Shown one piece after another: positions 11,571 through 23,282 of a DNA stretch of 64,000 nt. Each line of letters opens with the position of its first letter. Position 1 is the first letter of the stretch. A program made the translations under genes and the position numbers. Source of the stretch: Chlorokybus atmophyticus (Eukaryota > Plantae > Mesostigma and Chlorokybus algae). The notes below the pieces were generated by a model, which worked only from the letters and a program-made list of their open reading frames with translations, was not told where the DNA came from and made no database searches. Location: assembly GCA_009103225.1 (NCBI GenBank), contig RHPI01001292.1, positions 225,243 through 289,242 of the forward strand. The letters are read 5' to 3'.

Positions 11571-14500
11571 ATGGCTGCTCAGCAGTTTGTCATGATGCCG
11601 CCTGGAGGTGTCATGTCCCCTCAGGTAGTGGAATTGCTAGTGAACTTCTGGCACTTGCTATGTAACCACAACCGCGCTGTGAGAGTGAGACATGTTGCTG
11701 CAGGCTGCCGTGGTGTATGGCGCACCTCCTCCTGTGCAACACATGCCAGCCAACGGTATTGCTCCAGAAGCAACTGGGTCGTGTCCAATGGTGTTTGCGC
11801 TTCCTTCTCGAGGCAACAGGTAAAGTCATCTGGTGTAGGCGAGCTTATCCTGTTATCGCGATTGCTCGCCGGTAAATGCATGCAATGTCGTGCGAGTCTC
11901 ACTGCTGTTGCTGTACAGTTGGCCACTGGAGGTCATTGAGATGTCGTTTGCTGTGGACATTCATATCGCCACAGCGTTTGTGTCCTTGAGAGGTTCTTGG
12001 CGCTATCCACGTGGTGTGCCTCCATCGGACTGCCTGCTAGCCATGCCGATGGATCGTTCAGGGGCTCTCATGGCACTCGACGCACAGGTTCATCATTGTG
12101 GACTTGTGCTTGTTTGCTTCCAATGCATGTCACAAGCGTGCTTACAGCATCTTTGAAGGTGGGTGAGAGGGTGTATGCCACCACGGTTGTGCCCAAGACA
12201 GAGGCAGAAGGATATGGAGGCAAAGGTGGCAAAGACAGCCAAGCAGGAGGCCAGCTGGCACCACCCGAATCCACAAACTCCTCACCCGATGTTTTCCACA
12301 TGCGTCTGCCTGCGGTGGGTTCGGTCATTGTGTACTTGTACCATGTGCCTTGCGTGCTGGCTGAGTGCATGTTTCACACAGATCCAAGCTGATGATATAA
12401 TTGTTGTCAATGCCTCATGGTACCAACCGTTAGTATTCGTTGCGGGTAGCTGGCGAGCTGAAGTTCCATTGACATTACCTTGTGCTCAATGTCCTGAGAC
12501 AGTGTTAGATATAACATGTAGCATAGTCACCGGTGCGGATGTACTCGTAAAGTATGACGTGCCCTCTCATCCTGTTCAGGCAAGCTGTAATCAGTTGGCA
12601 ATGCTGGGCTTCTATCCAGTGTGTCATCTCGTGTTGGAACGCAGATCTGCTTTGATGACAGGAGGAAGCAGCAGGAGATGGATTGGTGCGGTTGCGGTTG
12701 GATCGTGCACAGGCTTGGGGCAACCGAGACCTGGTTGTAACATATGCTGCATGGTCGCCGAGCATTGAAGCATTTATTAACGTCCAGCAGCCATCCGAGA
12801 AAGCTCCGGGCGCCTTCTGCTTAACAGTGTCACCACCAGACCCAACGCACACGCAAGCACGCAATTCTTTGTTTGCTCTGTGTGCCAGATGCTAGCAAGG
12901 CGTGCATGTGCTAAACAGCGCTGTGCAGGTATTTGTTAAGTCCATGGTGTTTGTTCTGGACCGAAGCGGCAGCATGCAAGGTCGGCCCATGCAAGATGCA
13001 CTTGAGGCGCTGCGCACAGGAGTACTGGGCCTACGTCAAGAGGACAGGTATGTCACGCAGCAAGCACTGTGCACGCATAGCGGTTGCCCCTTACGGTAAG
13101 GGCCTTACCCACTGAGGTTGTCCTCAGGTTCAACATCATTGCTTTCGACCATGAGCAACTGCACTGGGCACCACAGCTGCAACCTGCGGATTCGCGCAAT
13201 AAAGACAGTGCATTTCAGTGGGCATCACAGTACTGCATCGCACGCGGCACTACAAACATTTTGGCTCCCCTGCATCAGGCAAATGGCTCACCACACAACT
13301 GCAACTGCAACCAATTAAATTAACTGCGGCTTGAGCCAGCCGCCCTTGACAGCACCTGTGCGTGTTGTGCAGGCACTGGCCATCCTGCAACTTGGTGGCG
13401 CAGGGACTGTGCCCTATGTGTTCCTGATAACAGATGGTGCTGTTGACAACGAGCGGGAAATCTGTCGTTATGCAATGTCAACCCTTGCCTCTGCAACTGG
13501 CGTCGTCCCGCGCATCTCGTGCTTTGGTATTGGGATCTATTGCAACCACTTCTTCTTGAAGATGCTTGCACAGCTCGGGCGCGGTCTGTGCGACATTGCT
13601 TACAACCCAGGTAAGGAGATTTACACACGTCTAGCAACAATGTGTAAAGTGTTTTGTCACGCTTGCAATACTTGTTGCGCTTGCAGCTGAAAATATCATG
13701 ACTGACAGGCAAGCTGCGAGGCCAGATGGAGCGTCTGTTGGTTGCTGCCGCAACGCCCGTACTAACTGACGTGGCTGTGGGGATCCCTGGGCTGTTGCAT
13801 GGATGCGAGGTGTACCCAAACCCAGTACCAGGTGCACTTGACAACTTTACTAAGGGCCCTGCTATTGACAAGCTGCTAATAGCTTGCCGCATGATCTTTC
13901 TAATAACCTCCCTATGCTAGACCTCTTCTGTGGGGCTCCACTGCTGGTTGCTGGCCGCTTCGTTGACGCCTTTCCTCAGGATGATGTGACTCTGAGAGGG
14001 CGGCTACCCAATGGTTCCATATTGGATGTGAAAGTAGGTCGAGCACTGTTTGCTAGACAAGTCTGATTAACAACAACAACATTCCGGTGATACTTGCTCG
14101 TATGTGCACTGCAGGCCAATTGCATCTCAGCTGGAGCCATTCCTCTGGATCAAGTAAGCATCACGTCCATTGATTGTGTAGGGCTTTGGACATCTGCAAC
14201 ACGTGCTTCTTAAACAGGTGCGCCTCCGACAGCGACTCGACCTTCTCACAGCACAGTCTTGGCTGGACCCCAGTCCAAAGCTCGTACAACAGGTTGTCAA
14301 TGGTTTATTGTACACACCCGTACAACCTACCAGTCATGCTTAACTTGTCGCATTGGTGTTCAGGTGGTTGATGAGAGTGTTGCAGTCGGCGTGCCTTGCG
14401 AGTACACAACAGTTGTTGGCTTCCAGACCACACTCGAAGGGAGAGACGAGCTTAACAAAGCGCGACGCGAGGTAAGGCAGATGCACGGCTGCTCCCTGCT

Positions 14501-14890
14501 CGCTTCACGGATATTGATAAGCGCTTCTTCCAGGGCAAGAGAGTGGACGTCAAGAAGCTAGCAATCGGGGGTGCTGTTGGTGTTACCGTTCTTGGGGCTG
14601 TCGCGCTGATCGGATTCGGCAGTGTCGCTGCCAGCCTCAGCAACTTGCCCATTGCAGATGCCATTTCAGGCATGGGAGACATCTTTAGTCAGGTATTGCA
14701 TTGCATTGTGTGGTTCATGGCATTGTTGATGTAAACTTGCTTGGCGTTTTGACAGGCTGCTGGATGTTGCGGCGATTGTGGTCTTCCGTTCTGTGACATT
14801 GATTGTGGCGGCGGCGACTGTAGTTGCAATTGCTGCGACGAAGACTGCCTTGACTCCATCCTCGGGGCCCTTTGCGATTGTCCTATCTGA
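11571..14890 (+). CDS. VIT/von Willebrand factor A protein (plant inter-alpha-trypsin inhibitor heavy chain-related) with Cys-rich C-terminus
   Basis: MIDAS motif VFVLDRSGSMQG, then GTTNILAPL, VFLITDGAVDNEREIC and RISCFGIGIYCNHFFLKMLA. Upstream LEVIEMSFAVDIHIATAFVSLRGSWR resembles the VIT-like region. Last exon is AAGCCGDCGLPFCDIDCGGGDCSCNCC...CDCPI*. Start codon tentative. Confidence 0.85.
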
Positions 14891-15777
14891 AACGTCAATT
14901 GCAACCTGCATGTGCATAGGAATTGTCCTGGAAGGTACACACAGTTCACGGCAAGTCGTCATTGTATGCTGTAGTTACTCACACATTATACAGCATCAAG
15001 GTCACTGTTGGCTACTGCCAGGTTTGGTGTGGGACTGTCAAGTTTGTATGACTAGTGCAAAGAAGGTTGGTTGATGGCTAGTACTCTACAGTGCATCTGG
15101 TTGATGCAAAAGTAGATGCACTGTAAAGTATTGCACGCTCAAATGCCAATGAGCCAATATGTTGCCTGATTGTTACGAGTAATATGCTCTATAAGTGCAA
15201 CAACAATTAGTTGGCACATCGTATGCTTCGTGCACACATTTTGTGTTATGCATGCACATAGTGCATGCATGCACACCGTGCACATAGTGCACTACGTGCA
15301 TGCTAAGGGCCCGAGCTTATGGCAGTTATAGCAAAACGTATTCAGTGAGTATGCAAGCGCATCACAGGTTTCTTACCAGCCCAAGTGTCCAGTATATATC
15401 GATTAATATGAAAGCTAGTAACCTTGTACAATCAGTAGCTAATGGAACTAGCTTTAGTTCAAGCCAACAACAACCCCTTTTCCTTGTCTACATAAGAGAT
15501 AGTATGCTAGCTTGCAACTCTTATGTTACTCTGCTACTCTATGTTCCGCAATAAGACAGCAAGTATGATATGGCAATTTACGCAGTAATGTTTACAAGGT
15601 AGCCTGCATTACACTGGTATATATATACAGCGGGTAATGCCTGTCCTACCTATCAGCGACTACCCAACTATTACTGTCAGCACGTGGCAATTGATTGACT
15701 AGTCTACCGACAGTCGTTCTACCCTCAAAACTGTTTGCTTGATATGACATATCTCAACAGCAATTGAGTATCTACTC

Positions 15778-16928
15778 CTAATTCCTGTTGAAGCGGCCGC
15801 TGCCCTTGTTGATGGCAGCCAGCAGGAAGAAAACTATGAACGCCAGCAGCAGAGGCTCAGTCTTAATCTGAGGCAAGCCAGTCTCGATGTCAAACTGCGC
15901 CAGGGGACCCTGACCAGTGATGGCCTCACCAATGAGAGAAGCCTGCATGTGAAAGCAACATTCAGCAAGGATGAACATTACTACAAACAGTATCATATCA
16001 GCACAATACTCACAATGTGATAGCCAATCAAGCAGTCAGTCGATTGGTCATCTAATCTGTCGCAAAGGTACTCACCGCGAAGCCAAGCTGGGCGACATGT
16101 CCAACAAGCAGCTCGTTCTCCTTTGTGAATCCGAATCCACCCGTGAGTCCAAAGAACCTCTTCCGGATGCAATGGAGACCTTGGGGTCCTGAAGTGCGCC
16201 AGGGATGCGGTCGGAGAAATCCTCCTCAGGGACGAAATCACCGGTGGCGGGGAAGAAGGCAGCGATGAGGTTGAAGGCAATGAGGCCGAGGACAAGAGGC
16301 TCAGCCTTGTTGATGAGGATGCCAGTTTCGAGACCAAAATGGGCAAGGGCGCCTTTGCCAGTCAGCAGCTCACTAAGCAGAGAGCTCTGCGCGAGACTGT
16401 TTCTGTTTTTGTTTCAATTTTGTTTCATTGCGTGCTCACATTCAGTCCATCACAGCGACAGAGGCACAGCATGCTTACCGCAAAGCCAATCATAGCAAGG
16501 CGGCCGACAAATAACTTGTTGGCCTTTTGGTGAAGCCGAGAGTGACCGGGATGCCATCAGCACTCTGTAATCACACGCAATGCAAGAGCTTGATGACCTT
16601 CCCCAAAGTTCAGTTCACCTACGCCAATGCTATTGCAACCGCTACTCCACCAGCAATGCATGCCATGGTAGCACGGTACTATCTTTGCTCTGGACGCCAG
16701 GGACGGTGACCTTGACTGTCTGGGCGGGGACCTTCTGGACGGCCTTGGTAGGGGTGACCTTGGCGTTGTCGGCCTTCTTGCTGTCGAAGAGAGCCTGGGC
16801 GGCGACGTTGCGGAGGACACCGGGGGCAGCGGCCTTGCCACGCGGGGCGGCAGAGGCACGGGACACCGAGGAGAGGGAGGAGCCAGGCTAAGGCTGGTGG
16901 GAGCAGCAAGCTTCATTGTGGCCGCCAT
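15778..16928 (-). pseudogene. PSBS: PsbS pseudogene (inverted duplicate of 21015-22115)
   Basis: Colinear with the intact copy over 4 exons. Lesions: 7-nt deletion at 16881/16880, intron-1 donor GT>GA (16683-16682), +2 insertion at 16525-16528, -1 deletion at about 16163, and an AAG>TAG stop near the C-terminus. Confidence 0.88.
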
Positions 16929-17036
16929 TGCAGAGGAGGTGGATGAGTGTCTGAGCCTTGGCGTCTGAAGCGGAATAGACGACAATGCACAAGGTAGCTC
17001 TTACACTTTTTAGCAATGACGGTGGGGATGAGGCAC

Positions 17037-17076
17037 TTTATAGCACGCTACAGCTGCCTTTAAGAAGCGGCCACGA
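17037..17076 (-). promoter_or_regulatory. Proximal promoter of the PsbS pseudogene: TATAAA plus conserved TCGTGGCCGCTTCT motif
   Basis: TATAAA on the minus strand at 17042-17037. The 14-bp motif at 17076-17063 is identical to 20776-20789 upstream of the intact copy. Confidence 0.45.
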
Positions 17077-20000
17077 CAACGTGTTTCGGCCTCCATGGTA
17101 GCAGCCATGCGCTCAGAATGCTGCACTGCACGCAATGCACATAATATGCCACCGTGGCAAAGGCGATGCCACCCTGTGTGACACAACGTACAGAGACGCA
17201 GTACGGCAAAGCGAACGAGCAGCGACGTAGATGCTCGAGCGTCATGCGCAAAAGCGTACCCTTTTGAAATACGCCCAATCTCATCAGCCGTACCTTAGCA
17301 TCATAAAGCAGCGTGTATATCGACTCAAGAATCTCTCGAACATTCTGGACGGCGTGGTATTGGCAATGGCAACTGTTGCACGCACATCGTAATAGTACGT
17401 GACGCGGTGCGATTGTGTTGGTGAAGATGCGCGACACAGTGTGGCTGACAGTAGCTCGCTGTCGGCGCATGCAATACTTCCCGATTTTGTGCCCTTGTTT
17501 TTGTTCATCTTCTTTATTTTTGCATGGTGACCAAACAGTTAGTTAATAGCATTTTCACATATGTAGATCACTCAGTCACTAACAAACGCGGGCTAGCAAC
17601 AAAACAGCCCATAAGGAGACGGGCGGGCTCATGTGCCTGATTAGTCTGATTCTCTAATATTACAACCACATTTGCATTAGACACACGATCAGCGTGGCGC
17701 ACCTATTTGAGGCGCTGCAACTCAGCCGAGCTGAGCGCACACCTTGTACACAGATTTCCATGCCCGGGTACATGGTAAGGTGGGGTGCAACGCCTTTAGG
17801 CAAAGCGTAGCACTTATGCCTGTGAGCTCTAAATGTCGTGATACGATGGGTATTAGCCACAGCATCATCCACCGTCAATGGGCGCGCCATCTCGCTGAGC
17901 TGCCCAATGCGTGCAGCCAACACCTCTTTGATGAGGTGTCACAAGCAACGGGTTGTTAGGCTCCAATGCAAGGGCTTCTAGTGCTAAGGCTGCAACAGCC
18001 TCCAAGACATAACAATACGACTTTTGCACACATACACACAGACAGCAAACAAGGCTATGACTTTTGCTGTAACAGCACCACCGTCGCCGGTGATGCCCCT
18101 TCAATCCTCTACCCCAACACCCACACCGCCTATGACAAGCCTTTCAACGGCGTGGCCGCCACTGAGCAGAGAACTAAAAAGTCCCCACATCAGATTGATG
18201 TGACCTTTTATATCAAAAGTATATTACAATTACATACCTCTCGATAATTAACTCACAACTAGACATCGACCCTACAGATAGGGTAGTTAGGAAATCTAGC
18301 GTGAGCCAATCACAGCTCAGATAAGGTACCTATCGATAAGGTACCTATCCAAAGATACCTATCGTAAGGTACCTAACGAGATAGTGATCACATTATATCA
18401 AATGTGACACTAAATAGGCTTGAATAATCGGTTCTACACCCATTGGGACTTATTTAAGCTATGATAAAGCATCATAGCCTTTAATAAGCGAGGAACCGTA
18501 CAAAAGAGGTATAAATAAGCATATTTAAATACTGATTCATACAAAATGTGTTATTTAGGTAGCAATAATACCCCTATTATTATTGCTCCCGTTACATTTG
18601 CAATGCACAAGTAAGCACCTTGAAGTCGTCGTCGCTTGGCGCATGCGCCGATGCGTCCGCTAGGTGCATGCCTTGGTTTGAAGGGGTAGCGGGGCAGCTG
18701 CAGCGCAGAGCACATCACGCACGACAACCCAACCAACGAGGGTGGGGGGGGGGGGGGGGGGNGGAGCAACAAAGCGATGTCGTGCTGAAATCAAGCTAAA
18801 CGCTGCTTGGACCGCCACCATCAAGTGGCGCCGCCACGCACCCAGCGCCGCTGCTGAAGTCCAACCCCACACTTTCGTGCCCATCACGTGCAGCAGTGCT
18901 GTTGAACTGCAACAGGCCTTATACAACCTTGAAGGTGCTGAGTAATTGCACAGCGTTTGTAACCGTAACCCTTGCTAAAGAGGTAGACACAATTGAACTT
19001 GCATGCATCAAGTGGTGGTCAAGGCAATTGTAACGAACCACTTGGCCACAAAAGCACGACGTGTGGTTTGTGGCCATGGTGGCGTTATTATCGAGTCGTC
19101 TCGTGACAGCAATCGATGTACCAAACATAACGCAACAAAAAACTGCAATTACGTTAAGCATACGACATGCTGCAATTAACCGTTTGGGCAATCATCAATG
19201 ATGGCAGCAACAAATATTCTGCTACGCATTGAGTAAATGTGCCTCACAGTTCACGCATTAATGATGAGACAGACGGTTTATTGAAGATGTATTTTTAAAT
19301 TCAAACTGAATATAAAAACAGGTGTACTTTTTTAAATGTGTGCGTGATCGAAGCTAGGAATTGCATGTTTGAGATCGTATTAAATGTTGCAATAGATTAA
19401 AATTCAAAGGTCAACTGCTTGTGTTTAGGCAAACTAATTTCATATTCGTTAACCTTATAGCAGTGGCTTTTTGAATAAGGTAAATTTGCAATAACCACAT
19501 CATCTCAAAGCTAAGAATTGCATGTTCAACTACCGTATTCAATGTTGCAATTGAATAAAGTTAAGGGTCAATTGCGCGTGTTTCATCATATTGTCTTTTT
19601 ATAGATAAATAGCGCTGAAAACCAAGTTAAGGTAAGATGTAATAACCACATCTAATGTTTTTATGAACAACATGCATAATATATGTGAAAATGTTTGTTG
19701 AGTTTTTATTTATGTGATGAAATTTTATGTTATATTAATATTACTGATGCGTAAAGTTGCTGTGAGCATAAGTGCCGCCATGCAAAAACATTAATCCCCA
19801 CAAACACCGCATTGGCAAACAGTAATTGTATTTTTGCGTCATCAGCGTTAGCATTGCTATCATGTAGGCATTTCATCATATAATATGTATAATATTATAT
19901 ATATACATGTATTCGTATCTGTGAATAAATGCACATTATATATTAATAATAAGCAGATATTATATTACAGCGTATTGTTGTAAACAGCGGACGCAAGCAT

Positions 20001-20775
20001 GCTAGACACGAGAGTCATCCAGTTGTTGTGGCTGTATGTATAACTCATTGTGTTGGTACCATCTCTTGCGTTGGTGCTGTTGAATTAAATAATGAATTTT
20101 TTGATGATCTGATATTTACGATATTATTTGATGAGTTTACAGTCAACTTTATGCCTGTCTGATATGATGTTTGATATGAATGGATTAATTTCAAGGTAAT
20201 GCCACCTTCATATTCATATGTCCATAAAAGCATGTAATGACAAGACAGCATGCCAGGGCAGGCAATAACCATAAGTTTATAACTATATATGTTCATAAAC
20301 ACGCATTATGAATATACATGGCCAATACGATTTCACATGTGGTATTGTTTTTAACTACAAAATTCAAGGACTGTTGTTAGCAAGGAGTTGAGTCAATCAG
20401 GTTAAGGGTGTGTCCCAAATTGAACTGAATTCTTCACCTTGCAAAAGCATTTGTTACAAATTGTGGAGCAGCGTTTAGGAGAGTTGAAGGGACTGGATAA
20501 CGCCGTAACGTCGACTTCCAAAGAAACCAACCAAATTGAAACTAATAGACCCGTGTGACACGCTGGAGTCTAGACCGCGCATGCACTGCACGATCGCAGC
20601 GCGTTGCGCATCAGGTACGTACGGCTGACCTCCTTCGAGATACGCTACACAACCAGCCTGGAACAGCCACGTCGCCCGCCCTACTGTATCGCGCGGCACA
20701 GTAGGGCAGACAGTGCCTCTCTGTCCGTGGACAGCCAATCATGCCTTTCTGTGCATTGTGCAGTCAGCGACGCTA

Positions 20776-20884
20776 TCGTGGCCGCTTCTCCGCGCAGCTA
20801 CAGCATGCGGCTCGTTTATCCTTGGAGTTTTTTTGCCATACATGTGCCAACTTGGATGTGCCAACGCTGTATATGTATATAAAA
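20776..20884 (+). promoter_or_regulatory. PsbS proximal promoter: TCGTGGCCGCTTCT motif (contains GCCAC/SORLIP1 on the reverse strand) and TATATAAAA box
   Basis: Motif shared with the duplicate's upstream region. TATA box about 135 nt upstream of the ATG. Function is inferred. Confidence 0.5.
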
Positions 20885-21014
20885 CCAAGCCGCCTACCCC
20901 AGTCATTGTATCAGGCATATCCAGCAGCAGTGCTGATCTCTGCAGTGCTTATCTCCCGTGCCATACATTCTGTTCTAGTCGCTAAGGTCAGGTATCCCTC
21001 ACACATCCTCAGCA

Positions 21015-22115
21015 ATGGCGACCACCATGAAGCTCGTTGCTCCCGCCGGCCTCGGCCTGGCTCTCCCCTCCTCCCTCTCCTCGGTGTCCCGTGCTCCTGC
21101 CGCCCTGCGCGGCAAGGCCGCCGCCCCCGCTGTCTTCCGCAACGTCGCCGCCCAGGCCCTGTTCGGCAGCAAGAAGGCCGACAACTCCAAGGTCACCCCC
21201 GCCAAGTCCACCAAGAAGGTCCCCGCCCAGACTTTCAAGGTCACCGTCCCTGGAGTCCAGAGCAAGGTTAGTGCTGCAGCACAATGGCATGCATTGCTGG
21301 TGGAGTAGCATATTGGCTTGGCGGAGATCAAGTTGGGGGGGAAGATGACTAACAACCCGCATTGCGTGTGTTGCAGAATGCTGATGGCATCCCCGTCACA
21401 CTCGGCTTCACCAAGGCCAATGAGCTGTTCGTGGGCCGTCTTGCCATGATTGGCTTTGCGGTAAACACATTGGCATTCTGTGTAATGCCTTATATACATG
21501 CTTATGCAATGCACATTGTTCAAACCCAAACTCCTCTCTGTGCAGAGCTCCCTGCTCGGTGAGCTGCTCACTGGCAAGGGCGCCCTTGCCCAGTTCGGTC
21601 TCGAGACTGGCATCCCCATCAACGAGGCTGAGCCTCTTGTCTTGGGCCTCATTGGCTTCAACCTCATTGCCGCCTTCTTCCCCGCCAGCGGTGACTTTGT
21701 CCCCGAGGAGGACTTCTCCGACCGCATCCCCGGCGCACTCCAGGACCCCAAGGTCTCCATCGCATCCGGGAAGAGGTTCTTTGGACTCACGGGAGGATTC
21801 GGATTCACAAAGGAGAATGAACTGTTTGTTGGACGTGTCGCCCAGCTTGGCTTTGCGGTAAGTACCGTCTATTTCACTGAGTGGTTGATTGATGGCATTG
21901 TATTGTTTGGCAATGCTGACTGATGCTTCCACACGCAGGCTTCTCTCATTGGTGAGGCTATCACTGGCCAGGGCCCCCTTGCCCAGTTTGACATTGAGAC
22001 TGGCTTGCCTCTGACTGAGACTGAGCCTCTGCTGCTGGCGTTCATCGCATTCTTCCTGCTGGCTGCCATCAATGAGGGAAGTGGCCGCTTCAGGAACAGG
22101 AACAAGGAGCAGTAA
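21015..22115 (+). CDS. PSBS: Photosystem II 22-kDa protein PsbS (NPQ pH sensor), 274-aa precursor; exons 21015-21266, 21377-21460, 21546-21857 and 21939-22115
   Basis: Transit peptide followed by two LHC repeats: FTKANELFVGRLAMIGFA...LAQFGLETGIPINEAEP and FTKENELFVGRVAQLGFA...LAQFDIETGLPLTETEP. Both lumenal Glu residues (LETG, IETG) are present. All introns are phase-0 GT-AG. Confidence 0.96.
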
Positions 22116-23282
22116 AGAGTTGTGTGCTGGATGTTGAGAGTGGAGAAGAAGATGAGAAGGCTTTTTTCACTTGTGAGGGTAGAATGACTGTCGGTAGACT
22201 AGTCACCTCGGAAACAACCGCGCGCTTGGTTATTTAACGGTAGCGACCGGTGGTAGTGCAGTGCATAGAGGATAGCATCTTGACTATCCGGGTGTATTTC
22301 TATATATTTTGAGATGTTGTGAAGGTATTCATTTGATTGAAATGTTGCTGTCAATGTGCCATTGTTACCCATACTAGCCTCGCGTGGCATTGGAAATGTC
22401 TATCTAGGGGTTTATCACCACAATGTATCGCTATAGGGCATTGCGATGGTAATGGCTGTGACTTCAAATGTCATGTTGATGTACAACAACACCATGACAG
22501 ATTGTTGGTAATAACGCTGTTCAACATGTTGCGGTGTTTGCCGTCTGCAATGCTTGGGTAGCACACATATTTGTGGCCAAGTTTGTACGTAACCGCACTC
22601 ATCATTCAAAGCCTGAAGTTTATAACACAGAAATCTTGACAGTGACAATTTGCTCCAAATCTGCAGCAAAGGCCTTTACACATTTGCACATTGAGCCTAC
22701 AATTACTGACTTGTGCTGGCGAATGTATTGTTGCCGCATAGTCATTGAATGTTTGTTCACACTGCTAAAACTTCGGCTCTGCAGAACAGTGATTTACACC
22801 TGCTCAGTGAGTAGGATTTGCGGATGTATTTCCAACACCCTCAGCAAAGCCATGTGGGGTAGGCAATAAACTGGTTGTGATTGCATCAGACTGTCATTGA
22901 ATGCAAGGCGCTATTGAGGTATATGTGCGAACTCGGGTGTGCATCTGGAATATAGGCGTAGACGTTGGGGAGGCGGGTAAGGTGATCACGAGTCTCTCTT
23001 TGTGCATGCGTGCGGCGTGTACACACACGCGTGTGTGCGCACGTACAAATCTAATCATCTCAACATGATTGCGCAATGTTGTCCCCATGACTATAGCTGT
23101 CGACCCCAAACACGCAGTGCTGACTGATATAGATAAGATCATGATCACTGCAAGTGCGTACCCTGCAATGTGCTGGTACCTGTGCGCTCTCATGCAGTGC
23201 AAGATATGCGACGTACATGCAGTACATGATGTGCACCGTTATGCATAAACCATGCAGCACATGAGACGACATGTGCACCCAC

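Noticed and set aside
20999-21932. Long minus-strand ORFs (269 aa and 174 aa) over PsbS
   Set aside because: Antisense shadows caused by GC3-biased PsbS codons.
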